Of a stretch of 64,000 nt of DNA, positions 51,787 to 64,000 are shown in pieces. Location of the stretch: positions 96,968,001 to 97,032,000 of the forward strand of contig NC_043002.1 of assembly GCF_006345805.1 (NCBI RefSeq), in the 5' to 3' direction. The stretch comes from Octopus sinensis (lineage: Eukaryota). Made by a program: the position numbers and the translations under genes. Within the stretch, counting starts at the first letter, position 1; each line of letters starts with the position of its first letter. The notes below the pieces were generated by a model, which did no database searches, was not told the origin of the DNA, and was given only the letters and a program-made list of their open reading frames with translations.

Positions 51787-51840
<54 letters not shown>

Positions 51841-51954
51841 ATCCAAACAAGAAAACACAGAAAAAAAGAGAAAAAAAACACAGCAACGCAGGACGTGGAA
51901 CAATTAAAGTATTATTGACGCTCAGGAAAGAAGGGAAGATATATATATATATAG

Positions 51955-51986
<32 letters not shown>

Positions 51987-54072
51987 GTATATATATATAG
52001 TGTACTCTTCCGTGATGGTAAGACCAACCAAAGAAAAAGTATTCCATCAGGTGAGAGATAAATATGACTTAATAAGCACAATATATGTGTTTATGTGCTA
52101 ATATTAGTTTCATGTACTGAGAGCACGCCAGATATTTTTAACACGTCTGGTGTCCTAGTACAATCATCAGGCACTACTCACATGGCATAACGAGCTAAAA
52201 TTGAACGATAGGATGAGCAAAAAAGTGAAAATAAGCTACAAAGTTGTAGATATAAAAAGTAAAAGGCTGAAAAACCGGAAAACGAAAAAGAAAACAGGAA
52301 GAAGTAAACGTGGGGAATTAATAATCTGTTTCAAGCTGATTTTTTAGGTGCTTCCCTAGACCCGATCTCCCCGTCTTATAAAGTTTATCATAAGCCTAAC
52401 GAGAAACTCTCCTATATACATAAAGTGTCTTGTCTCCCCTACCTCGTAGTATTTAAAAACCTGATAACTAACATTAGTAATAGAGTTTCTAACCTCTCTC
52501 CATATATACTTATTAGCCTGCGAAGCACTGTGCAGTAATTCAGGTTATTGTTAATTTCTACGAGTATTTGTCTCAATGCCTTTAACAACGGTTACTGGTC
52601 CCTAAGAAAGAATACCAAAGCTATCAGAAAGTTCCTATAACTGATGTTAGTTTTCCAGCTGTAGAGATTATTAATAACACCATTCATCATGTTAATACGT
52701 TAACAAGTGTTTCGATTCTTGTCTGATTCAGCAGTTTGAGGCGCATCTGGCTGGTGAGACACAGCGATGGCAGAACACAAGGTTCCCAGCCCAGGATACC
52801 TCTCGATAATGAATCGAGTGTGTTATGACAGTACATTCGTCGTGAAGGCGATACTCTGTGACGAAACACAAAAGTGGTTAGCTTATTCACAATCGAATCT
52901 ACTGGAGCATATTAAGAATAAATTTGCAAGCCGTTGTTTCCATTGTCGCTGTTCACCGTGATTATAAAGATTTATGAAATATATCAGTAACTGACAATCA
53001 CCACTGATCCAACTGAAAGAGATTTGCAAAAAGAAACTCAGAAAGCGAAGTTACATACACAAGCAATTGGACACATACCTCCATACACAGATGCGCAGAC
53101 GTATATATAGAGAGAAGGATAGAGATTGGGACAGAGAGAGAGAGAGATTCCATAAATTATAGACTGGATATAAATATAGACGATTTCACTTCAAGCATCA
53201 AAGCACAAACTATTATCCACGCATTAGAGTGTTGAAAACTGCTATTGAAATGAAGCGAATTAAACATAGTGTATTCCTCTCCGAATTCTTGTAAATGATA
53301 CAATTTATGGTTATATTATTTTACAGAAATTATGTCTTTACTTATATATAAATGTAAGACCATTAAGAAAAGAGGAAAATACGTGAATAACACTTGCAAT
53401 GGCCATTATCGTCTTCCGGCTATTCAAAATATATAGCTAGTGGGGATTGGAGACATAGAAATCAGCTGATAATGGTAATGATACGCCTGTTTATGTGGTC
53501 GAGGTAATATTAGTCTATGTTGATGCATGTGATGTAGTTAGCAGAATTTTAAAAACTAGGGTAATAGTGTTGATTTGATTTTCTTTTCTCATTGGCATCA
53601 TTTGTTTATGGTTGTCCTTCAGCTAAAATCAATAATCACATTGTCTTTTTCCGAAATAACCTTTTCGTTTATATTCTTTCTACAGAAGCGGGATAAACTT
53701 CAGCTCATTTCATTGAAACACTTCTTTAGCTTTTTACGCATCTTCTTTGGTCGGACGATGAGTTTTGTTTTCATTCATGTTTACCGTAATGGCTACTTAC
53801 GATTATCTCTTTACCATTATCAGCATCATTGCTTTAGCGAGCAACATTTACATTCTTGCATGGTTCAGACGGAGTTTATTAAGGCAGAATTTGTGCAGCC
53901 GGGTGCCCCTTTCTGTTGCCAACTATCACATGTTTCCCTATGGCCAGATATTTTCTGGCAAAAAAATATTTAAAACGCTTCCCATTTATTTACAGCAATC
54001 ACGAATGTCAAGACAACTTGTCGAACAATCCTACTCACCCACTCACATATGCACAAACCTACATACAGATAT

Positions 54073-54360
54073 GTGGAGGCGCAATGGCCTAGTGGTTAGG
54101 GCAGTGGACTCGCGGTCGCAGGATCGCGGTTTCGATTCCCAGACCGGGCGTTGTGTGTGTTTATTGAGCGAAAACACCTAAAAAGCTCCACGAGGCTCCG
54201 GCAGGGGGTGGTGATCCCTGCTGTACCCTTTCACCACTCTTTCTTCTGTTGGCCTGCTCGCTTAGCCAGCGGGGTGGCGTTATTCGAAGGCTAAAACAAT
54301 GCGAACGCATTGTGACCAGCGATGTGTAACAACGTCTGATGGTCTGGTCGATCACGTGAT
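54073..54360 (+). mobile_element. tRNA-derived SINE sharing the family D head; its 3' part also at 20455-20540
   Basis: GTGGAGGCGCAATGGCCTAGTGGTTAG..GGTTTCGATTCCC head; CACGTGAT tail. Confidence 0.8.
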
Positions 54361-55415
54361 CATGTGACATACAGATATATGTGCGTATATGTATAGTGTG
54401 TGCGTGTGCGTGTGCGCGCACGTGTATGTGTGTGAGTGTCTACAGTTATATGTTTATTTCTTAATTTCCCACAGGGGGCTAACCATAGAGGCAACAAACA
54501 AGTACAGACAAAGGGGTTAAGTCGATTACATCTACCCCCAGCGCGTAACTGGTACTCATTTAATGGACCCCGAAAGGATGGCAAATGAACAACTATATAC
54601 ACGGCTACTTCTATAAGATTAGAACTGCACGTAGATTTTATTATCCAATCAGCTACCAGTGGTTAAGTCAGCCACTTCAAAATTAGTAGAGTTCATAAAT
54701 TTGATATACAGAGCATAGGTAGGAGAAAAATTAAGATGAACACAAATATAAATGTTTAGTTTCTACGTACGTTTCACCGTTGTATATTTGGAACACAACA
54801 TTGGTTGCTCCAAGTACATATCGATGCTTAACCGTAGTGGATCATCAAAGGAAGACTTCATAGCGATCTGCTACAGAGATCTAACACCTGAAATCAGACG
54901 CATAGTGCGGTAATTTATAAGTATTTAGAGAAGGATCGGGAAAGGATGCATATGTATCAGTAAAAGCAGCAGAATTTAAGGACTTACATAGACATATGTG
55001 CATAATATATATGCGAGCGGTGGCCAAAAAGGCTTGGCTAGAAAACTAGATTTCCGAGTACTTTTACAGAGTCCAGAAAACTGAAGAACCGCTGCAATGT
55101 GTGCATTTGAGAGGGAAATATATAGAATAAAAACACAATAAACAGATCCTTCTGCATTTTCTATTATGCAAAACCATGAACTATTCTGCACACCCTCATA
55201 TACACAGGTACACATCTATGCAATTATATATGTTGTATATACGCTCTATATGTTGTATATAGACAGGAAGACGATGAAATAAACAGAGAGAGAGGAGAGA
55301 GAGAGAGAGAGAGAGAAACATTGAATGGACTCTCCCGTCGTTTGAGGGTTCGACAATGTCTTAGCGAACAACGACACAGATGTATGTTTATAATGATCAA
55401 ATGTGATCAAATGTT

Positions 55416-55531
<116 letters not shown>

Positions 55532-56129
55532 CGTGTGTGTATGTCAGTGTGTGTGACTACATGTATTATGTATATATATATATATTTGCACATATACACA
55601 CATATAAACACATACTCTTTCTCATAGTCATAAGTAAACATTTGTATGCAATGAGTTATTTGAAAAGCATCTTGTAAATTTTATTTCTTTTAATGTATTT
55701 ATAATATATTATTTTTCTATAGAACGGTATTTCGCCGAATTTACCATTTTCAGAGTTCCGATAAATTATGGACCTTGAGAGGCTCACTTGAAATTCTGCC
55801 TTAATCTGCCAATTTTGAATTCCCCACTTTCTCGTATAATTTGTACATTACGGTCAAGTTTACGACCTGACTTTAAACTGATTTGTGGGCGGATTTGGCA
55901 GACAGGAACTCTTAGGAAATTTGTCAAAAAATATCAACCACGCACCCGCGCGCGCACACACGTACACACGCAACATACTCATTCACATGCATATATATAT
56001 ATAAATATATAAATATATAAATATATATGTAGGCATATATTTATTAATATGTGTGTATATATGTAGATAATATGTGTATATATATATGCATATATATATA
56101 TGTATATATATATTTATGTATGCATGTAC

Positions 56130-56161
<32 letters not shown>

Positions 56162-56364
56162 ATATATGTATATATATACGTGTGTATATATATATGTTTA
56201 TATATATCTATATATATATGTATATATAATTGTATATATATATATATGTATATACATACATATATATATGTATATATATATATATGTATATATATCTACA
56301 AATATATATATATGTGTATGTATGTATGTATGTATCTATCTGTCTATCTATCTATGTATGTAAC

Positions 56365-56810
56365 TAATGAAGGATAACATTTTTTTTTTTCTTTTCGGGA
56401 AAAAAAATTTATCAATGGCCAGCATATCAAAAAATACCTTTAAAGGTTAAATTTATAAATAATTTACAAGATAAGGGCAAAAGAAAAATTCTAATGCCAA
56501 ATATGTGCCGAAAAGTTTTCTATTTTGGATATATTTGGGGTACTTAGTTCTGCTAGGGACTTAGTGCTTGCTTTTTCCATGGGTGTGAGTAAGTATTTCA
56601 CTTATATCTCTCGTATTTGCCGCTGAAGAGGGGAAAATTTCTTACGAATTAACCCCGAAATTGGACCAATACGGTAAGAACAAATTTTTTAGAGATTTCT
56701 ATCGGTTTGTTTCGAGACGCATAAATTGACAATTTATTGACAATTATTGTCTTTTTTCGGCATATTTGGCATTAGAACTTTTCTTTTGCCCTTATCTTGT
56801 AAATTATCTA
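56365..56810. mobile_element. Penelope-type terminal repeat with internal inversion; inverted homologue at 4113-4265
   Basis: 56440-56515 is inverted at 56750-56810 and matches 4113-4260; contains CTGAAGA-GGGG..CCCC-GAAA at 56623-56660. Confidence 0.65.
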
Positions 56811-58032
56811 TGTATATATATATATATATATATGAATAACGTTGGCTAGAACAAAATGCGTGCACTATTGTGTGAGTGTGTGTTTGTGAATGCGTACAGG
56901 TGCTTATGCGTGTATGTGTGCGCATGTTTGTGTGTGTGTGTATGTGCGCGTGTGTGCGACTTATTCTCTTCCCTGTTGATTACCGTTGTTAGCATGATCT
57001 CTTTACGTGACTGAGCGACTCGTCGAAAGAAAAAAGGTACCACACCTAAAAACCTTGTGCTGTTTTTATTTGACGTGATTGGCGAAACGCTTCAAGTGTT
57101 GGTGTAGTCCAATGATTGACACCGGTACATGCGTACATGCATGGCATATTTATAGACATATATACCTGCATAAATATACATATACACATATTTATATATA
57201 CGCATATATATGTGTGTGCGTGTGTGTGTGTGTGTTCAGGAAAGTAAAACGAAACCAGGCATGAATGTATAATCTCATGACAATTCGAAATTTGCAGTTA
57301 AGAAAGAAATTATAATAAAAAGATACGAAAACCACGGAGCGCACATAAAGATTTAATCATTGTGTATGATAATCTGATCTCAATGCAAGCTTGAAAGGCT
57401 CTGAGTGATACGAGAAGACATTAAGTGGAAGTAAATTTGATTTGCATCAACAATATGGTTAAGAGAAAACACCTCGGGCTCCGCTGTGCACACCTAAATA
57501 AAAAAATAAATAGATACGGTACAGTTCTATATATGCAATATAGTGAGTTGAAAAACTTCGAGTAACTTAGTTTAATCATGTAATTAGTACACAAAACCTT
57601 ACTCTAGCAAAGAAGATTGCTAGAGAGAACCAGGATAAAAACTCAATTACATTCTATCCGGCAAATCAGGCAGGGAATAGCCTATTCTTCGAGATCTATG
57701 AATAACTGCGGTTACAAATCTAGATTGGATTGTGCACCTGAAAAATATAATTGAGATCGCTAAGATGAAGTTTCTGAATACATATTTCAAATCTTCAGAT
57801 AAAATATCATTGTTTTGAAGTTTACCAAGAAAAGTCGAATATTTAATCACGCTTTTGTTACTCGATACGAGAAGTGACATAATATAACCGGAAAAATTCT
57901 ATGCATAGCGTATCATGGCAAAAACCTGATGATATGGTTGTGTTTAATGTTTTAAGTAAAGTGTAATACATATATACATACAGACAGGCATCCATACACA
58001 ATATATGTATACATACACATACATACATATAT

Positions 58033-58088
<56 letters not shown>

Positions 58089-58143
58089 TAGATAGATATA
58101 GATAGATAGATATATATATATAGATAGATAGATAGATAGATAG

Positions 58144-58219
<76 letters not shown>

Positions 58220-58578
58220 TGATTGATTGATAGATTCAGTAGGGTTTTTAATACCACTTGCTAAAATCAGTGGCAACGCTCCAAAACCTCCAGAAACTCA
58301 CCAGAAAGATACACACGAGCAATGCAAAGAACTTATGAGAAATAGGCTTACCTTTGCGTTGAATACATCAGTAAGTAGTGTATTTAAATACTAATTGATT
58401 TCATCCTCTGTACGACCAACATACTCTGAGATCTTCAGTTGAAAATAACATTTTAACATCTATTTGTAAAATATTCATTAAATTAGCTCGTAGTGAATCT
58501 CAATTTAATTTATATTGTGCCTGTAAAAGTGTGAATTTGCTAGCCACAGTAACAGTAATAATACGTCTTTATTGAAAG

Positions 58579-58625
<47 letters not shown>

Positions 58626-58825
58626 GTGTGTGTGTGTGTGTGTGTGTGTGTGTATTTATGTATGCATGTATGTATGTATGTATGTATGTATGTATGTATC
58701 TTCAACAGAATAGGTAAAAAATAAAAATGGTTTGTAGCGTTACATTAAATAGTAATGTTCTAAAATTCAAACAGAATCACAAGAAATGAATAAATGGAAA
58801 ATTGATACACAAGGCGACCTGCTTA

Positions 58826-58944
58826 CAGGTTCATTCCCACTGCGTGGCACCTTGGGCAAGTGTCTTCTACTATAGCCTCGGGCCGACCAAAGCCTTGTGA
58901 GTGGAGTTGGTAGACGGAAACTGAAAGAAGCCCGTCGTATATAC

Positions 58945-58981
<37 letters not shown>

Positions 58982-59690
58982 CGTGTGTATAAGTTTGTGT
59001 GTCTGTGTTTGTCACCCCATCATCACTTGACAACCGATGATGATGTGTTTATGTCCCCGTATCTTAGCGGGGACATAAGTACTAGGCTTACAGAGAATAA
59101 GTCCTGGAATCGATTTGCTCGACTATAGGTGATGCCCCTGCATGGCCGCAGTCAAATGCCTGAAACAAGTAAAAGAGTAAATATTCATATGTGCATGTGT
59201 GTTTGCTCGTGTGTTGTTTGCGTGCGCGCGTATGATTAAAAATCTAATAGAAGACCCCGCCCAAGTTTTCACGCAGTGGGAATGAATAAAATCGCATGTG
59301 GTTGCGAAGGAAACATCTTTCCACACAGCCAAGCCTGCTAGGCTTTCTTTCCATTTTGTAAATTTCTATATAGAATATGATATACAACGAACCACAGACG
59401 AGATTTCTTGTCCATGAAACAACATCTGTATATATAATGGTTTTTGTGAATTTAATATTTTCATAATTGAAGGCGGTGAGCCGGCTGAATCGTTAGCATG
59501 CCGGGTGAAAAGCTTAGCAGCATTTCGTCTGTCTGTGCGTTCTGAGTTCAAATTCCACCGAGGTCAACTTTGTTTTTCATCATCATTTCAGGGTCGATAA
59601 ATTAAGTACCCGTTGGGTACTGGAGTCGATCTAACCGATGGTCCCCTGCCCCAAAATTTCGGGTCTTGTGCTTAGTGTAGAAACAAAAAA
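58826..59690 (+). mobile_element. 5'-truncated SINE A (58826-59180) and SINE B (59470-59690)
   Basis: Family cores. Confidence 0.85.
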
Positions 59691-59844
59691 TATTTTTATA
59701 ATTGAAGTGCCTGCGATGTCTTCTTGGTATAGTAAATTGACTTTCACCAACAACATATTGAACTCCCACACACATTCTACTGAGTGTAGCATAAAAGCGA
59801 TCATTTGTGAGCACATTAATAGTGTGAGAAATCAATACAAAACA

Positions 59845-59874
59845 GTGATAGACAGACAGACAGACAGAAACATT

Positions 59875-59964
<90 letters not shown>

Positions 59965-60019
59965 GACAGATAGAAGCAGACAGACAGACAGAAACATAGA
60001 TAGATAGACAGATAGAAGC

Positions 60020-60054
<35 letters not shown>

Positions 60055-60073
60055 TTGATAGATAGATAGATAT

Positions 60074-60138
<65 letters not shown>

Positions 60139-60205
60139 GACAGATAGAAGCAGACAGACAGACAGAAACATAGATAGATAGACAGATAGAAGCAGACAGA
60201 CAGAC

Positions 60206-60244
<39 letters not shown>

Positions 60245-61318
60245 GACAGATAGAAGCAGACAGACAGACAGAAACATAGATAGATAGACAGATAGAAGCA
60301 GACGGACAGACAGATAGATAGATAGACAGATAGAGGCAGGCAAGCAGGCAGACAGACAGTAAGACAGACAGATAGAGACAGGTAGACACATATACAAACA
60401 GACAAACAGAAACATAGATACATAGACAGATAGAGGCAGGCAAACAGACAGGCAGTTAGACAGATAGATAGAGAGATAGAGAGATAGATAGGTAGGTAAG
60501 TAGGTAGTTAGGTTGGTAGGTATGTGGGTAGGAAGGTAGGTAGGTAGGTAGGTAGGTAGGTAGACACGGCATTTCTCAATATGTAGCTTATTAAAATTTA
60601 AGAGAAAAATCAAATATTTAGTTTTTGTAAGTTTTCTTAAACGACATTTAAGAAACAGAGATTTGCCATTTTCTTTCCATTTTGTAATAAGCATATATTT
60701 TTCTGAAGAAGCGTAGCCTTTAAAGACCATGTTAATATATATGTGTATGTTAGTGTACATACATATATACACGCATGCGTAGTCAATTCGAATAAACGGA
60801 TGAAAGAAGAAAAGCAAGGAACGTAAGGGTGTGCGCCAGAAGTATATTTGCGTGACGCTCGGTGATAGGAGAGAGTTTAACGTTTCGAGCATTCCTCTTC
60901 GTCAGAGAGGAAAAAGTGAAAAGTTCAAAGAAGAAAACGAAATCGACAACGGATCACGTGTAGTTACATACATTAATACATGCATACATAATACATACAT
61001 ACATACATACATACATACACACATACATACGTACATACATACTTATATACAAACATACATACATACATACATATATACATACATATATACATACATACAT
61101 ACATATATACATACATAGATACATACATCCATACATACATACATACATAATGCATACACACATACATACTTATATACAAACATACATACATACATACATA
61201 CATACATACATACATACATACATACATACATACATACATACATACATACATACATACATACATACATACATACATACATACATACGTACATACATACATA
61301 CATACATACATACATACA
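59845..61318. repeat. Compound (GATA)/(GACA)/(GGTA) microsatellite 59845-60560 and (TACA)n 60985-61318
   Basis: Direct reading; similar tracts at 3075-3230, 15460-16170, 19365-19442, 40280-40625, 42930-43660, 55990-56360, 57990-58230. Confidence 0.95.
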
Positions 61319-61320
61319 TG

Positions 61321-61886
61321 GTGGAAGTCAGGTGGTGATCGAATAAGACCCCTTCATAAATAAAGTTCATGCAAATGGTCCGAGATTTCAAGAAGTTCCT
61401 GGACGTGAATTTGTTTTGAATGGATAAAATGCTGCACAGCATTGAACCCGCTTTTCATCTCAATCAGCTATAACAGCGGTGACCAAACATATATTGAGAC
61501 GACTAGAAACCAACGGCATTTCAGGTCCTTTGCCCCTACTGGTATACACAACATCATAAGCGGAAAGTGTAACCTCTCGAGAGAGCTGTTCTTCACTTCT
61601 GCTCCAGAGCGTCGGCTGCGGGGTCATTCCGAAAAGCTCTATCTGCGACGATTTCATCTCAATCGAAGAAGAGGGTCTTTCTCCGTCCAGGTTGCGGATC
61701 CGTGGAATAAGCTGCCGGACGAGATGGTGAAGATGCCGACGACCGCTCGGTTCAAAGTCTCCCTTGACCACAAGTGGCCTGAACTCTTTACCTGAACACC
61801 ACCCTGTACATAACTCCATGTCCCCCTACATGGTCTTGCTTTTTGCTTTTTGAGCCAAAGAATTAACTAACTAACTAACTAACTAA
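61321..61886 (+). mobile_element. CR1 LINE 3' end with (CTAA)n tail
   Basis: RLRGHSEKL..RRGSFSVQVADPWNKLPDEMV..FKVSLD motif, 3' UTR and tandem CTAA tail. Confidence 0.9.
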
Positions 61887-62336
61887 CACACTAGGTAACA
61901 CATAGCTGCGACCCTAACAAGCACAACTACAACAGGTCATAGTAGGCCTGGTAATGATAATGGATAAGAGGTGGTTCCACACTTCTCGGAACTGCGGAAC
62001 TCACGTACCAAGACCCCACTACTAGGTATATGTACGTACCCAAGATATACATACATACATACATACATACATACATACATACTGACAGACAGACAAACAA
62101 ACAGACAGAAGGAGAGAGCGAAAGGGGCAAGATACGAACCAAACAGGAAGTTATTTCACAGACAGATTTGAGAAAAGTTATCATAACGATTTGTTGACAT
62201 TAATCCTCGGCCTTGTTAAAGGTGGCAGTTATTTGCTAAAGAATTCTAAATAAAATTATATCATGTATTGAACCAAAATATGCAACAATATATCCTCTAA
62301 TCAGGCCTGTTTCTATTTTGCATTTCTTTAATTCAG

Positions 62337-62476
62337 GATCAGGATTAAATTGCCCGAGTCTTCACACTCTACGAGTTGATTATAACAATTTGACTGAAAT
62401 TAAAAGTTCTCAGTTGGCTGGCTGTCCAAATTTACGCTCCTTAAACGTTTCCAGCAATAATTTGAAAATTTTGTCG
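62337..62476 (+). CDS. LRR gene exon 7 (GSGLNCPSLHTLRVDYNNLTEIKSSQLAGCPNLRSLNVSSNNLKILS); gene continues past window
   Basis: Acceptor TTTCTTTAATTCAG, donor TCG|GTGAGT, 140 nt phase 1-0, in frame with exon 6; two LRR units. Confidence 0.9.
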
Positions 62477-63504
62477 GTGAGTCAATTAGAATTTAAAAGA
62501 AAATTATAACTGATAGAATCGTTTGAGCGCCAATTATAATATGAATACCTTGCAGTAATTGTTACATCTCTCTTTACACTGAATTCAAATACCACCGAGG
62601 TCAGCTTTGCCTTTCATCCTTTAGAGCTTCATAAAATAAAGTGAAGTTCAAATACCGAGTCGATATTATTGACTGACACCTCTCCCCATATCTTTTGCAC
62701 TTGTGTCTACGTTAAAAACTATTTTAATTAATTAATAGAAATCGCTGAGCATCGAATAGAATGCCCTAAAATATTTGATCCTGCTTTCTCTCCTCTTTGA
62801 GTTCGAATATCAATGAGATTAGTTTCGCCTTTCATCATTTCCAGATCGACAAGTAAGTTACCATCCAGTAATAAATTCGATTTTTTTGTCTGTTTTTCTT
62901 TTTGTTGTTTTTTTGTTGAAATCTGATATGTAGCTGTCACACTGAGTCAAGCTGAGAATTGTGTTAAAGGTAGATAATTTTTGTTGCATCTCAGAATATC
63001 TTGTATCTGTGAAATTTTTGTCGCATCTCAGGAGGGCCAATACCCCAACAGTAAACGCTATGCAATGATTCTGTTTCACTACTGTTTTATTTATTTATCA
63101 ATTTCTTAAGTATTTAACCAATTACCTAATCGATTACTTAAGCAATCGTTCCATTAATCAATCAATGATAAACCTAACTGACTGAATTATCAATTAAACA
63201 ATCGATTGGTTAATTGGCAAAATAGTTAGCTAAATCACACATAACTAATGAAAATGTGAAATAGATCCAGTGAGTGGGTTTATCATAATGACCCCCAAAA
63301 TACTACAAGAGGTGTTTCAACAGACGAGTTCACATCAAGAATGTTGCTAATACGAAAATGAAAAATGTCCATATATATATCACAAGTATAAATTTATGTT
63401 TAAACAAATGAATACTCATCGTGGAGACCGACGGAGAACCAAATCTAGTTCCCAACATCAAATCTCTGGTGCCAGATTGTCATATGAAATAAAAATGTAA
63501 ACAA

Positions 63505-64000
63505 AATGTTCTTTTCTACTCTAGGCACAAGGCCCGAAATGTCTGGGGAGGAGAGCCCAGTCGATTAGATCGACCCCAGTGCGTGACTGGTACTTAATTT
63601 ATTGACACCAAAAGGATGAAAGGCAAAGTTGACCTCGGCGGAATTTGAACTTAGAATGTAACGGTAGTCGAAATACCTATTTCTTTACTACCCACAAGGG
63701 GCTAAACACAGAGAGGACAAACAAGGACAGACAAACGGATTAAGTCGATTATATCGACCCCAGTGCGTAACTGGTACTTATTTAATCGACGCTGAAAGGA
63801 TGAAAGGCAAAGTCGACCCCGAAAATATGAAAGGCAAAGTCGACCTCAGCGGAATTTGAACTCAGAACGTAGCGGCAGACGAAATACCTATTTCTTTACT
63901 ACCTACAAGGGGCTAAACACAGTGAGAACAAACAAGGACAGACAAACGGATTAAGTCGAGTATATCGACCCCAGTGCGTAACTGGTACTTATTTAATCGA
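63505..64000 (-). mobile_element. Tandem concatemer of SINE family B units running off the window end
   Basis: At least three consecutive units joined at GAAATAC|CTATTTCTTT. Confidence 0.9.

Overview
AT-rich, microsatellite- and transposon-dense animal genomic DNA, most consistent with an octopus/coleoid cephalopod (inferred from the SINE families and extreme (TA)n/(CA)n/(TACA)n/(GATA)n load), with one 100-N assembly gap at 4013-4112. One host gene is supported: a + strand SDS22-like leucine-rich-repeat gene with seven small phase-compatible GT-AG exons (17458-17516, 24611-24758, 33685-33768, 37121-37192, 40703-40761, 48092-48144, 62337-62476) that continues beyond the window and has an RFX X-box-like motif upstream (possible ciliary/flagellar gene). 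The rest is repeats: two abundant tRNA-derived SINE families plus rarer ones, CR1, RTE, R4/Dong, Tx1/L1 and NeSL/HERO-like LINE fragments, Penelope-like fragments, a mariner-type relic, a Merlin (IS1595/ISXO2-like) transposase relic interrupted by a TA-flanked MITE, and two inverted non-autonomous Helitrons. Best candidate for an undescribed system: a small tRNA-promoter element carrying a minimal dimer-type hammerhead ribozyme, found at two loci (1-155, 47691-48058) with an inverted, Penelope-like terminal architecture, alongside several other fold-back termini with hammerhead-like cores. Most long ORFs in the supplied track are microsatellite artefacts. Repeat boundaries are approximate.
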